A stretch of 64,000 nt of DNA, from assembly GCA_963667015.2 (NCBI GenBank), contig CAXXJJ010000004.1:128001-192000 (forward strand). The letters are read 5' to 3'. The translations under genes were made by a program, and so were the position numbers. The notes under the pieces were generated by a model that did no database searches, had not been told where the DNA came from, and saw nothing but the letters and a program-made list of their open reading frames with translations. The DNA comes from Desulfatiglandales bacterium (GTDB taxonomy: Bacteria > Desulfobacterota > DSM-4660 > Desulfatiglandales > HGW-15). Position 1 is the first letter of the stretch. Each line of letters opens with the position of its first letter. Shown here piece after piece: positions 34,693 through 43,984 of the stretch.

Positions 34693-36778
34693 CCGGATTG
34701 CCTCCTATATGGCATTTTTGTTCTCCAGCCATTAATACGCCATCTTTTACCTGGATATCTATCTCTCCAAACTCTTCAATGGTCAATTCGCTGTGATCTA
34801 TTTTCTGTTTATCTACAGTCACAATCTGGCCTGGCTCAAACGGGCTTCCATCCAGAAGCTCCATTTTGTTCCTGTGTTTGCATACAAGGATCATCCCCTG
34901 TGATTTGATATCCCTGATCTTTGTGGGTTTGAGGTTTGCAAGGATAATGACCTTTCGATCTGAGAGTTCTTCAGGCTGGTATCTTTTTACAAGTCCGGCA
35001 ACAATACTCCTTGGTTCATCCTCTCCAAGGTCAACAGAAAGCCAGTAAAGTTGATCAGCATTGGGATGTTTTTTTACTTCTTTAATCTTGCCTACCATGA
35101 GCTGAATTCTTCCGAAATCAGACTGTTTCCCGCTGAACTGTTTTCGGAACTTCTCTGCAAGTTTTATATCAAGTTTTTTATGTACTATCGCTGGCTGGTC
35201 TACGGTATGTCCGTCCAACCCCGTGAATTGCCCTATGTCATCCCATGTATATTCACTGATATTCATGAATTCAAGTATTCCGCTGGAGGTTTCAGGCATG
35301 AAGGGGTTTAAGGCTATAGCTACACTCTTCACCAGATAAGAAAGAAGTGAAACTGTTGCATGTGCATGAGCAGGTTCGGTTTTTATCCTGTCCCACGGCT
35401 GCATATCCTGAAAGAATTTATTGCCGCGGTTTCCTATAGCAAGAATAGTTCTGATTGCATCACGTATTCTTACCGCCTCAAAGGCCTCTGTAACCTGGTT
35501 CAGTTCCTTTCTGCATTCTTCAATGAATGTCTGGTGAGATTCAGGTAAGTCAAGGTCTTTAATCTCACCGTTAAAGTTTTTCTTTAAGTATACAAGGGTG
35601 CGGTTAACCATGTTTCCGATATTGTCTGTGAACTCGGAATTGACCTTTTCAATAAAGTCATCCCATACAAACTGACTGTCATTTCTTTCCGGTCTGTTGG
35701 CGAGAAGGTAGAATCTCCAGAGGTCAATATGGATACCTGTCTCTTTTACATCATTGCCAAAGACTCCGATATTCCTTGATTTTGAAAATTTAGTATTTTC
35801 ATAGTTAAGGTATTCAGTTGCATTAATGTGGTAAAGAAGCGTCCAGTTGTTACCTGTGCCGATCAATGAAGCAGGAAATATCACTGTATGAAACGGGATA
35901 TTATCCTTTGCCATAAACTGGTAGAGTCTGACCTCATCAGGGTTCTGCCACCACTCCTTCCAGTTATCCCGTTCCTTTGCTGTTATTGATATATAACCTA
36001 TAGGCGCATCAAACCATACATAGAAGACCTTGTCTTCGTAGCCTGGTCTTGGTACCGGTATTCCCCATTTTAAGTCCCTTGTAATAGGACGCGACTGAAG
36101 TCCTTTTTCAAACCATGAATGGGTTGTCTGGATGGCATTATTCGTCCAGTTGCCTTCTTTTGATGTTTTATCCGACCATGACTTTAATCTATCCTGGAGT
36201 TTGTCCAGCCTGAGATAAAGATGTGATGTCTCCTTTAAGACAGGAGAGGATCCGCATATCTTGCACCGGGGATTTATAAGGTTTTCCGGTTCAAGAAGTT
36301 TTCCACAACTGTCACATTGATCCCCTCTGGCGCCATCATCTCCGCAGTGGGGGCAGGTGCCTTCAACATACCTGTCTGCGAGGAAAATGCTGTCCTTTTC
36401 GCAGTAGGTCCTGCATGTGGTTTCCTCTGATATGAGGTCAGCCGCTTCCAGGTCCTTAAAAATTCCCTGAGCTATTTCGGTCTGCTTTTCGGTGGATGTT
36501 CTTCCGAAAATATCAAACGAAATATTAAAGTGCTCATAAATATCTTTATGAAGTGCATGGTATTTATCACATATTTCTCGCGGAGTAAGGCCTTCCTCTC
36601 TTGCCTTTGTCTCTGTAGCTGTTCCGTACTCATCAGTTCCACATACATAAAGCGTTTCATATCCTTTCAAGCGGCAAAAACGCGCATAGGCATCCGCTGA
36701 AAGCACACAGCCTATAATATTGCCCAGATGGGGAAGGTTGTTCACATAGGGCAGGGCAGATGTAATCAGTTTTTTCAT
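34655..36778 (-). CDS. metG: Methionyl-tRNA synthetase
   Basis: ALPYVN..HLGN, GTDEYG, Zn knuckles, YVWFDAP, KFSKS, C-terminal tRNA-binding domain. Confidence 0.96.
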   Translation of the reverse strand: MKKLITSALPYVNNLPHLGNIIGCVLSADAYARFCRLKGYETLYVCGTDEYGTATETKAREEGLTPREICDKYHALHKDIYEHFNISFDIFGRTSTEKQTEIAQGIFKDLEAADLISEETTCRTYCEKDSIFLADRYVEGTCPHCGDDGARGDQCDSCGKLLEPENLINPRCKICGSSPVLKETSHLYLRLDKLQDRLKSWSDKTSKEGNWTNNAIQTTHSWFEKGLQSRPITRDLKWGIPVPRPGYEDKVFYVWFDAPIGYISITAKERDNWKEWWQNPDEVRLYQFMAKDNIPFHTVIFPASLIGTGNNWTLLYHINATEYLNYENTKFSKSRNIGVFGNDVKETGIHIDLWRFYLLANRPERNDSQFVWDDFIEKVNSEFTDNIGNMVNRTLVYLKKNFNGEIKDLDLPESHQTFIEECRKELNQVTEAFEAVRIRDAIRTILAIGNRGNKFFQDMQPWDRIKTEPAHAHATVSLLSYLVKSVAIALNPFMPETSSGILEFMNISEYTWDDIGQFTGLDGHTVDQPAIVHKKLDIKLAEKFRKQFSGKQSDFGRIQLMVGKIKEVKKHPNADQLYWLSVDLGEDEPRSIVAGLVKRYQPEELSDRKVIILANLKPTKIRDIKSQGMILVCKHRNKMELLDGSPFEPGQIVTVDKQKIDHSELTIEEFGEIDIQVKDGVLMAGEQKCHIGGNPVETHQLKAGKVC

Positions 36779-36994
36779 ACAGTAAACTCCGATAGTATTA
36801 TTTATAAATTAAGCGAGGATGTGTACCATTTTTATAAAAAACTTTCAATACAATGTATGTTCTGAGAGATAGTCTGGTAAGAATGCCTGAATAGAAAACC
36901 AATTTCATTATGTATTTTTATTGAAAGTTGAATGTTGATCGTTGCAGGTTGAAAGTTAATTTTTGAATGAGCCCATAGTGCTGTATCCGTAATG

Positions 36995-39817
36995 CTATTT
37001 ATTATTCAGAACTTTTTTAAGATAAGATGCAGTATAGGATTCTTTTACATCTACCACCTCTTCAGGTGTTCCGGTAGCAACGATATTTCCACCATTGTCA
37101 CCGCCTTCCGGGCCAATGTCTATTATGTAGTCGGCTGTTTTTATGACGTCAAGATTATGTTCTATTACAATTACAGTATTTCCCATGGATACGAGATATC
37201 TGAGGACTTCTACAAGCTTTTTAATATCCTCAAAATGGAGTCCGGTTGTGGGTTCATCAAGCAGGTAAAGGGTTCTTCCTGTGCCCCTTTTGCTTAATTC
37301 TCTTGAAAGTTTAATCCGTTGAGCCTCCCCGCCTGAAAGAGTGGTTGCAGATTGTCCCAGTTTAATATAACCAAGTCCAACATTCAGGAGTGTTTTTAGT
37401 TTATTTTTAATATTAGGTATATTTTCAAAAAACTTAAAGCTTTGGTTTATGGTCATGTCCAGGACCTCAGCTATATTCATACCCCTGTATTTTATCTCAA
37501 GTGTGTCTCTGTTAAAGCGGCTGCCTTTACATGATTCACACAGTACATGGACATCAGGCAGGAAATGCATCTCAATTTTTATAAGTCCGTCACCATTGCA
37601 TGCTTCACAGCGTCCGCCCTTTACATTAAAGCTGAATCTGCCCGGCTTGTATCCCCTGACTTTAGATTCAGGCAGCATCGCAAAAAGGTCTCTTATATAG
37701 GCAAATATCCCGGTATATGTGGCGGGATTTGAACGGGGAGTCCTGCCAATGGGTGTTTGATCTATACTTATTACTTTATCTATGTGTTCTATGCCTTTGA
37801 TATCTTTTACTTTACCAAGCATCTTCTTTGATCGGTATAATTTCCTGGCTAAGGCAGGGTAGAGAGTTTCATTAATAAGGCTGCTTTTACCCGAGCCTGA
37901 AACACCGGTAACGCATGTGAATGTGCCTAAAGGAAATTCCACATCTATGTTTTTAAGGTTATTCTGCTCTGCCCCCAGTATCTGGAGTCTGTTTTCATTT
38001 CCGCTTCTCCTTTTTTCCGGTAGGGGTATTTTCAGTCTTCCGGACAGATATTTTCCAGTAAGGGAGTTCTCGTCTTTTAGGAGATCTGCCGGTGTGCCGC
38101 TGAAAACAACTTCCCCTCCGTTTATTCCTGCACCGGGCCCCATATCAATAATATAATCTGCCTTTTCTATGGTTTCTGCATCGTGTTCAACAATAAGTAC
38201 AGTATTTCCAAGTTCCTTCAACCTGGTAATATTTTCCAGCAGGAGGCTGTTATCCCTCTGATGAAGGCCTATACTTGGTTCATCGAGAACATAGAGAACT
38301 CCTGCAAGGCCCGAACTAATCTGGGTCGCAAGCCTTATTCTCTGGCTCTCTCCCCCTGAAAGGGTGGATGACGGCCGGTCAAGGGTGAGGTAGGACAAGC
38401 CTACATTATCCAGAAAACCTATTCTGTCCTTCAGCTCCTTTATGACCCTCTTTGATATCTTTTCTTCCCTTGAGTTGAGTTCGAGTTTATCAAAAAAATC
38501 ATTGGCCTTTTTTATGGAGAATGACGTAAGTTCATGGATGGTATGCCCTCCGATCTTTACTGCTCCGCTGAATTGATTTATTCTGGATCCGTTGCATTCA
38601 GGGCACTCCATTACGCTCATGTATCTTTCTATATCTTCCCTTGTCTGGTAGGAATCCGTTTCATTATAGCGTCTTTCAAGGGAAGGAATTACCCCTTCAA
38701 AGGGCCTGTCATAGGAATATCGTTTTTCATCCTTTTCAAAATAAAATTTGATCACTTCATTGCCCGATCCGTACATGAGAATATTTCGGCTTTCCCGGTC
38801 AATGCTTTCGAATGATTGATATGCATCAATATCATAGTGTTTACATATTGCATCGAGCATCTGCTGAAAGTATATGGAGTTTCTTTTGGACCATGGGGCA
38901 ATAGCTCCCTCCCTTAACGAAAGGGCTGGATCAGGTACGATCAGATCCGGATCAAAATATCTTTTCTTTCCCAGTCCGCTGCATTCGGGACATGCCCCCC
39001 GGGGATTATTAAAGGAAAACATCTGAGGGGTAAGTTCCGGGATGCTGATTCCACAGTTTCGGCATGCTGCATTTGTGCTGAAAAAGATCTCTTCTGAATC
39101 AATGACATCTATAATTGCATGGCCGTTTGCCATGTTAAGGGTGAGTTCCATTGAATCTGTAAGGCGGTTTTTTATATCCGGGTTGATTATCAGCCTGTCC
39201 ACAACAACGCTGATATTATGCTTCCTGTTCTTATCCGGTTTTATTTCTTCATCCAGCAGCCTGATATCATCGTCAACCTTTACACGGGTAAAACCATCCT
39301 TTCTCAGTTTGTTGAAAAGCTGCTGAAATTCGCCTTTTCGGCCCTCAATAAGCGGGGCAAGTATCTGGATTCTGGTATCCTGTTCAAGATCCATTATCCT
39401 GTCAACAATCTGCTGGGTAGTCTGTGCTGATATTTCTACTCCGCATTTTGGACAATGAGGGTGACCAATTCTTGCATAAAGCAGCCTGAGATGATCATAG
39501 ATTTCTGTAACCGTGGCAAGTGTAGAGCGTGGATTTCTGCTGGATGCCATCTGATCGATTGAAATGGCAGGAGAGAGTCCGTCTATATAATCCACATCAG
39601 GTTTATCCATCTGTTCCAGGAATTGCCTGGCATAGGCTGAAAGTGACTCTACATATCTTCTCTGGCCTTCGGCATAAATAGTATCAAAGGCAAGGGATGA
39701 TTTTCCTGATCCGGAAAGGCCTGTAATTACAACTATCCGGTTCCTGGGAATATCAACGCTGATATTCTTCAGGTTATGAACCCTGGCGCCTCTGACTTTT
39801 ATTTCACTTGCGGCCAT
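36995..39817 (-). CDS. uvrA: Excinuclease ABC subunit A
   Basis: Two ABC Walker A motifs ([16 protein letters not shown]), Zn fingers, LSGGE. Confidence 0.98.
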   Translation of the reverse strand: MAASEIKVRGARVHNLKNISVDIPRNRIVVITGLSGSGKSSLAFDTIYAEGQRRYVESLSAYARQFLEQMDKPDVDYIDGLSPAISIDQMASSRNPRSTLATVTEIYDHLRLLYARIGHPHCPKCGVEISAQTTQQIVDRIMDLEQDTRIQILAPLIEGRKGEFQQLFNKLRKDGFTRVKVDDDIRLLDEEIKPDKNRKHNISVVVDRLIINPDIKNRLTDSMELTLNMANGHAIIDVIDSEEIFFSTNAACRNCGISIPELTPQMFSFNNPRGACPECSGLGKKRYFDPDLIVPDPALSLREGAIAPWSKRNSIYFQQMLDAICKHYDIDAYQSFESIDRESRNILMYGSGNEVIKFYFEKDEKRYSYDRPFEGVIPSLERRYNETDSYQTREDIERYMSVMECPECNGSRINQFSGAVKIGGHTIHELTSFSIKKANDFFDKLELNSREEKISKRVIKELKDRIGFLDNVGLSYLTLDRPSSTLSGGESQRIRLATQISSGLAGVLYVLDEPSIGLHQRDNSLLLENITRLKELGNTVLIVEHDAETIEKADYIIDMGPGAGINGGEVVFSGTPADLLKDENSLTGKYLSGRLKIPLPEKRRSGNENRLQILGAEQNNLKNIDVEFPLGTFTCVTGVSGSGKSSLINETLYPALARKLYRSKKMLGKVKDIKGIEHIDKVISIDQTPIGRTPRSNPATYTGIFAYIRDLFAMLPESKVRGYKPGRFSFNVKGGRCEACNGDGLIKIEMHFLPDVHVLCESCKGSRFNRDTLEIKYRGMNIAEVLDMTINQSFKFFENIPNIKNKLKTLLNVGLGYIKLGQSATTLSGGEAQRIKLSRELSKRGTGRTLYLLDEPTTGLHFEDIKKLVEVLRYLVSMGNTVIVIEHNLDVIKTADYIIDIGPEGGDNGGNIVATGTPEEVVDVKESYTASYLKKVLNNK

Positions 39818-39818
39818 T

Positions 39819-40826
39819 TTAATATTCCGAATATTTACGCCTGTTTTCCGACATTTGGGCGGCCATAACTACCGCTGCCTTGAGACTGTTATAGTCGGCA
39901 ATGCCTTTGCCTGCAATATCATATGCAGTTCCGTGGTCAACGGATGTCCTTATAATGGGAAGCCCCAGAGTTACATTGACACCATCTGAAAAATGCAGCA
40001 GTTTCAAAGGGATAAGGCCTTGATCATGGTACATGTTTACTACTGCATCAAATTTCCCTGAAACGGCCTTCGGGTAAAGTGTGTCAGCCGGAAGAGGACC
40101 TGATACATCGTATCCGTTTTCAATCGCCTTTTCCACAGTCGGCCGTATAATAAGCTCTTCTTCTTTTCCGAAAAGACCTTCTTCTCCTGCATGGGGATTC
40201 AATGCTGCAACAGCAATCCTGGGTTTTTTTATTCCAAAATCTTTCTGAAGGGCAGAGGCGGTTATCATTATGGTTTTCAGGATGTTTTCCCGGTTAATAT
40301 TCTTCGGCACATCTTTTAATGCACAATGGATCGTAACAAGCGTAACTCTCAGCCTGTCTCCAGCCAGCATCATTACATAATCTTCGGTGTCTGTAAGATG
40401 GGAAATGAGTTGAGTGTGCCCCTGGTAATTATATCCGGCTTTATTCATCAGTGCCTTGTTAAGAGGACAAGTTACCATGGCTGATATCTGGCCTTTAACG
40501 CACATATCTACCGCGGAAAGTATATATTTTACCATTGCCATGCCACCGGCAAGTGTCGGCACTCCCGGGGCATAATCCTTTTTATCGAGCGAGGATATTT
40601 CTAAGACATTTATTCTTCCGGGCTTGAATTCCGCTTTATCCGCTGATTCAATTTTGTGTATCATAAGAGATCTTCCAGCGTATTCTGAAAGGACTTTTGT
40701 ATCCCCAAAAACTATTGGATTACATACGGTTAACAGACTATCATCAAGGAATAATTTAGTAATTATTTCAGGCCCTATCCCTGAAGGATCCCCCATGGTT
40801 ATGCCTAAAAGAGGTTTTTTATCCAT
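39819..40826 (-). CDS. pdxA: 4-hydroxythreonine-4-phosphate dehydrogenase
   Basis: [35 protein letters not shown]. Confidence 0.95.
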   Translation of the reverse strand: MDKKPLLGITMGDPSGIGPEIITKLFLDDSLLTVCNPIVFGDTKVLSEYAGRSLMIHKIESADKAEFKPGRINVLEISSLDKKDYAPGVPTLAGGMAMVKYILSAVDMCVKGQISAMVTCPLNKALMNKAGYNYQGHTQLISHLTDTEDYVMMLAGDRLRVTLVTIHCALKDVPKNINRENILKTIMITASALQKDFGIKKPRIAVAALNPHAGEEGLFGKEEELIIRPTVEKAIENGYDVSGPLPADTLYPKAVSGKFDAVVNMYHDQGLIPLKLLHFSDGVNVTLGLPIIRTSVDHGTAYDIAGKGIADYNSLKAAVVMAAQMSENRRKYSEY

Positions 40827-40935
40827 AAACTTATCCGGTTTAAAATTTGAGTTTGAATAATAAAGGTTTTTTTATAAAAAAGAAATACTAATGGCGGGAT
40901 ATTGAAATCATTTTTTACCTATGAAGCAAATAATT

Positions 40936-42276
40936 TTATATCTGGTCAATTAATTTTTTTTGAAGCGTATTTCGATGTATTCCCAGGATACGAGCCGCTT
41001 CTTTCCTGCTGCCGCTGACTCTATTCAATACATCATTTATAAATTCCTTTTCAAATATATCAACTGCTTCCTTGAGAGGTATATCTTTTATTTCCTTTTT
41101 ATTAATATTGAAACTGGATACACTTTTAGGAAAAATAACATTACTCTTTGTAATGGTGTCAAGACGTTCAACCAGATTCTGAAGTTCCCGAACATTACCC
41201 GGCCAGTCATAATGTTCCGTCAGTATTTTTACGGCACTTTGTGAGAATTTTTTTTGGGCTTTTCCGTTTTGTTTTGAATACATTTGAAGGAAATGATCCA
41301 GTAAAATAGGGATGTCTCCCCGTCTTTCTCTGAGAGGAGGTAATTCAATAGGGAATACATTAAGTCTGTAAAAGAGGTCTTCTCTGAATTTTCCGATCTC
41401 AGCAAGGTGTTTGAGATCTTTATTGGATGCAGCTATAAAACGAACATCGATTTTAATCAGTTTTGTACTTCCAAGCCTTTCAAATTCTTTTTCCTGAATG
41501 ACTCTTAAGAGTTTTGCCTGCATAGCTATATCCAGCGTATCTACATCATCAAGGAACACAACACCTTTATTTGCTATTTCCAGTTTTCCTACCTTGATTG
41601 AAGATGCACCTGTAAAAGCTCCTTTATTGTGTCCAAAAATTTCACTCTCCATGAGTGTTTCAGGTATGGCTGCGCAATTAATAACTACAAAGGGTTCTTC
41701 CTTTCTGTGCCCAAGCTTGTGAACAGCCCTGGCCACAAGTTCTTTTCCTGTTCCGCTTTCACCCTGTATTAATACTGCGCCATCACTTTCAGCAATGGTA
41801 GATATCAAATCAAAGATCTCCCGCATTTTCTGATCTTGTCCAACGATCTTTTCAAATGGCTGAAATCTTTCCAACTCATCTTTAAGGTAAGTTACTTCCC
41901 TTTTAAGATTATGCTTTTCAAGAGACCTGTTAACAACATTAATAATATCCTCAACAACAAAAGGTTTTACGATATAATCATATGCTCCGAATTTCATTGC
42001 ATCTACAGCGGTTTTCACTTCTTTTACAGCCGTAACCATAATAACTTCAGTATCCGGGTCTGCTTCCTTGAACTGTTGTAATAGATCAATTCCATTGGAA
42101 TCAGGCAACATAATATCAAGCAGTATAAGGTCAAAAGAGTTTTCTGAAAATATCTTCAGCGCTTTTTCACCATTTTCGGCAAGGTATACATTGTGATCAG
42201 TCCCTAATACCATTTTGAATGATTGTAAAACACCGTATTCATCATCAACTACCAGAATGGAAGCCTTTTTATCCAT
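40936..42276 (-). CDS. Sigma-54-dependent response regulator (NtrC family: REC-AAA+-Fis HTH)
   Basis: VDDE/LDIMLP/KPF receiver; GESGTGKE; GAFTGA; FREDLFYRLNV; WPGNVREL; AARILGIHRNTL. Confidence 0.95.
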   Translation of the reverse strand: MDKKASILVVDDEYGVLQSFKMVLGTDHNVYLAENGEKALKIFSENSFDLILLDIMLPDSNGIDLLQQFKEADPDTEVIMVTAVKEVKTAVDAMKFGAYDYIVKPFVVEDIINVVNRSLEKHNLKREVTYLKDELERFQPFEKIVGQDQKMREIFDLISTIAESDGAVLIQGESGTGKELVARAVHKLGHRKEEPFVVINCAAIPETLMESEIFGHNKGAFTGASSIKVGKLEIANKGVVFLDDVDTLDIAMQAKLLRVIQEKEFERLGSTKLIKIDVRFIAASNKDLKHLAEIGKFREDLFYRLNVFPIELPPLRERRGDIPILLDHFLQMYSKQNGKAQKKFSQSAVKILTEHYDWPGNVRELQNLVERLDTITKSNVIFPKSVSSFNINKKEIKDIPLKEAVDIFEKEFINDVLNRVSGSRKEAARILGIHRNTLQKKLIDQI

Positions 42277-42372
42277 TTTAGAAATTGTTCCTTTCAGTAA
42301 GTTTATAGCTATGAAATTCTTAAGCTATGTGTCAGAAAATAAGAGTGATTTTAAATAATAATCTGCTTACAT

Positions 42373-42387
42373 ACAATCATCATGCCA
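42373..42387 (-). promoter_or_regulatory. Sigma-54 promoter candidate for the regulator gene
   Basis: Minus strand TGGCATGATGATTGT. Confidence 0.6.
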
Positions 42388-42418
42388 AAATATATTTCAT
42401 AGGCTCTACAGTACCATA

Positions 42419-42436
42419 TGCACATAATTTTGTGCA
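42419..42436. promoter_or_regulatory. Palindromic operator/enhancer site
   Basis: TGCACA-TAATTT-TGTGCA. Confidence 0.75.
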
Positions 42437-42628
42437 TTATAAAATGTATGATTGTTGTGGTATTTTTATCATGTATCATGAAATTAGATTAAAACATGCT
42501 AATAACTGCTTAAAATTTCACATATTTCATAAGATATTATCTCGGATATTTATGAATAAAAAAACATAATTCAAACAGGCTAATTACATTTCAGGTATTA
42601 TAATTGTTATCTTAATGCTAAAAAAAAT

Positions 42629-42676
42629 TGCACATATGCACATAAAAATGTGCATATGTGCACAATTATATGTGCG
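42629..42676. promoter_or_regulatory. Tandem palindromic enhancer-like sites
   Basis: TGCACA-TAAAAA-TGTGCA (42637) and TGCACA-ATTATA-TGTGCG (42659), 22-bp period; overlapping a perfect 15-bp inverted repeat at 42629-42662. Confidence 0.8.
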
Positions 42677-42824
42677 TTATTATTTTTTATAAATCCAGGC
42701 ATCATTCATTGAAATACTCCTTTTATATAATTATTTCCTGTTAAAATTAATAAAATTAGCTTGTTATCCATTTATATATTTCTGTTTTTTATCACTCTTA
42801 ACAGCAAAAGCAGCCAATTTTTTT

Positions 42825-42839
42825 TGGCATAAATATTGA
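42825..42839 (+). promoter_or_regulatory. Sigma-54 promoter candidate for the acyltransferase
   Basis: TGGCATAAATATTGA, about 150 bp downstream of the tandem sites. Confidence 0.6.
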
Positions 42840-42892
42840 GTACTATGTCATAAAGATCTTTGAAAATTTACTTAGAGAGAGAGGGAAAAATC

Positions 42893-43873
42893 ATGAGAAT
42901 GCTTAAGTTGAGTAATTTCTTACAGGCGAAGTGTAACATTTTTCTGTACACAATTTTCGGATGGAGTTTGGTAAGGGTATACATGTTTATTTTATGTAAA
43001 TTTTATTTTTTCATTAAAAAAGATGAAAGAGATACCATTAAAAAATCGGTCTCGGATGTAATAGGATGGACAAAAAGGGAAAAAGAGCTGTCTGGTATTA
43101 CAAAAAGGGTATTTTCCGGTATTTTTTCACATTATTATGAAAAAATATTTGCAGCGTTTGAATCGAAAATAAAAGTTGCTGATTTTTTAAATAAACATGT
43201 TTCAAGCGATGATTTGTCAATTATTAAAGAAGCACTTAAAAAAGGGAAAGGTGTAATTCTTATTACAGGTCATTACGGAGCAATTGAATACATTCCTTTG
43301 CTGCTGGCTATCAATGATATCAAAATCTCAATGATTGCAAAGTTTAAAACGCCTCAACTTAAAAGAATGGCTTTTGAGCAGGCAGATAATTTTGGGATAA
43401 GAATGATTGACGGGGCAGAAAGCGGTAATGTATTAAGAAGTGCAATAAATGAACTGAAACAGAACCGGGTGGTTATTACTCAGTGTGATGAAATAGATGA
43501 ATGGAGGACATCGGACAAAAAAAAGACTACGTTCCTCGGTCAGGTTACAGGTCTTGATCGTACCATTAACCTCCTTCAAAAACGTACAGGCGCTGAAGTG
43601 GTATTTGGAGTTTTACATCGCTTTAACCTGGATCAATACAAGTTCGTAGCCTATTCTCATGAGCAGATGATAGAAATGGTACGATATACCCCCTCCACAA
43701 CAACCGGCGAAATTGTATTAAAGGTGCTTGAACAGTTTATCTGTAAGTATCCTGAGCAATGGTATGAATGGAAGAAATATCCAGAATTAGTCAAAACCTA
43801 TAATCCTGTGAACCAGGAAGAAAGGCATGTGGTCAGACCATATTTACAGCCAGCATGCAATATTAGTGTATAA
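42893..43873 (+). CDS. Lysophospholipid / lipid A-type (LpxL/HtrB-like) acyltransferase
   Basis: GKGVILITGHYGAIE (HxxxxE), EQFICKYPEQWYEW; start at ATG 42893 after GAGAGGG. Confidence 0.8.
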   Translation: MRMLKLSNFLQAKCNIFLYTIFGWSLVRVYMFILCKFYFFIKKDERDTIKKSVSDVIGWTKREKELSGITKRVFSGIFSHYYEKIFAAFESKIKVADFLNKHVSSDDLSIIKEALKKGKGVILITGHYGAIEYIPLLLAINDIKISMIAKFKTPQLKRMAFEQADNFGIRMIDGAESGNVLRSAINELKQNRVVITQCDEIDEWRTSDKKKTTFLGQVTGLDRTINLLQKRTGAEVVFGVLHRFNLDQYKFVAYSHEQMIEMVRYTPSTTTGEIVLKVLEQFICKYPEQWYEWKKYPELVKTYNPVNQEERHVVRPYLQPACNISV

Positions 43874-43899
43874 ATCTTTTTTTTAACATATACTGAAAT

Positions 43900-43930
43900 A
43901 CCCCGCCTCTTCATGGCGGGGTGATTTATT
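43900..43930. repeat. GC-rich hairpin (terminator-like or REP/IS200-end-like)
   Basis: ACCCCGCC-TCTTCAT-GGCGGGGT followed by GATTTATT. Confidence 0.5.
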
Positions 43931-43984
43931 CAACTAAAATGCAGCTTTAATAATACTTAATGAGGAAAATAAAATTAATAAGAA

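Noticed and set aside
36921..36957. Degenerate heptamer run TTGAAAG-TTGAATG-TTGATCG-TTGCAGG-TTGAAAG
   Set aside because: Short and degenerate, with no associated gene; no function can be supported.
42327..42569. 80-aa ORF in the divergent promoter region
   Set aside because: No RBS, AT-rich low-complexity translation, and it overlaps the sigma-54 element and operator.
42629..42676. Possible CRISPR or tandem repeat
   Set aside because: Short overlapping palindromes without spacers and no cas genes; no CRISPR array seen anywhere in the window.
43900..43930. Mobile element at the GC hairpin
   Set aside because: It resembles an IS200/IS605 end or REP hairpin, but no transposase or second end is present; kept only as a hairpin.
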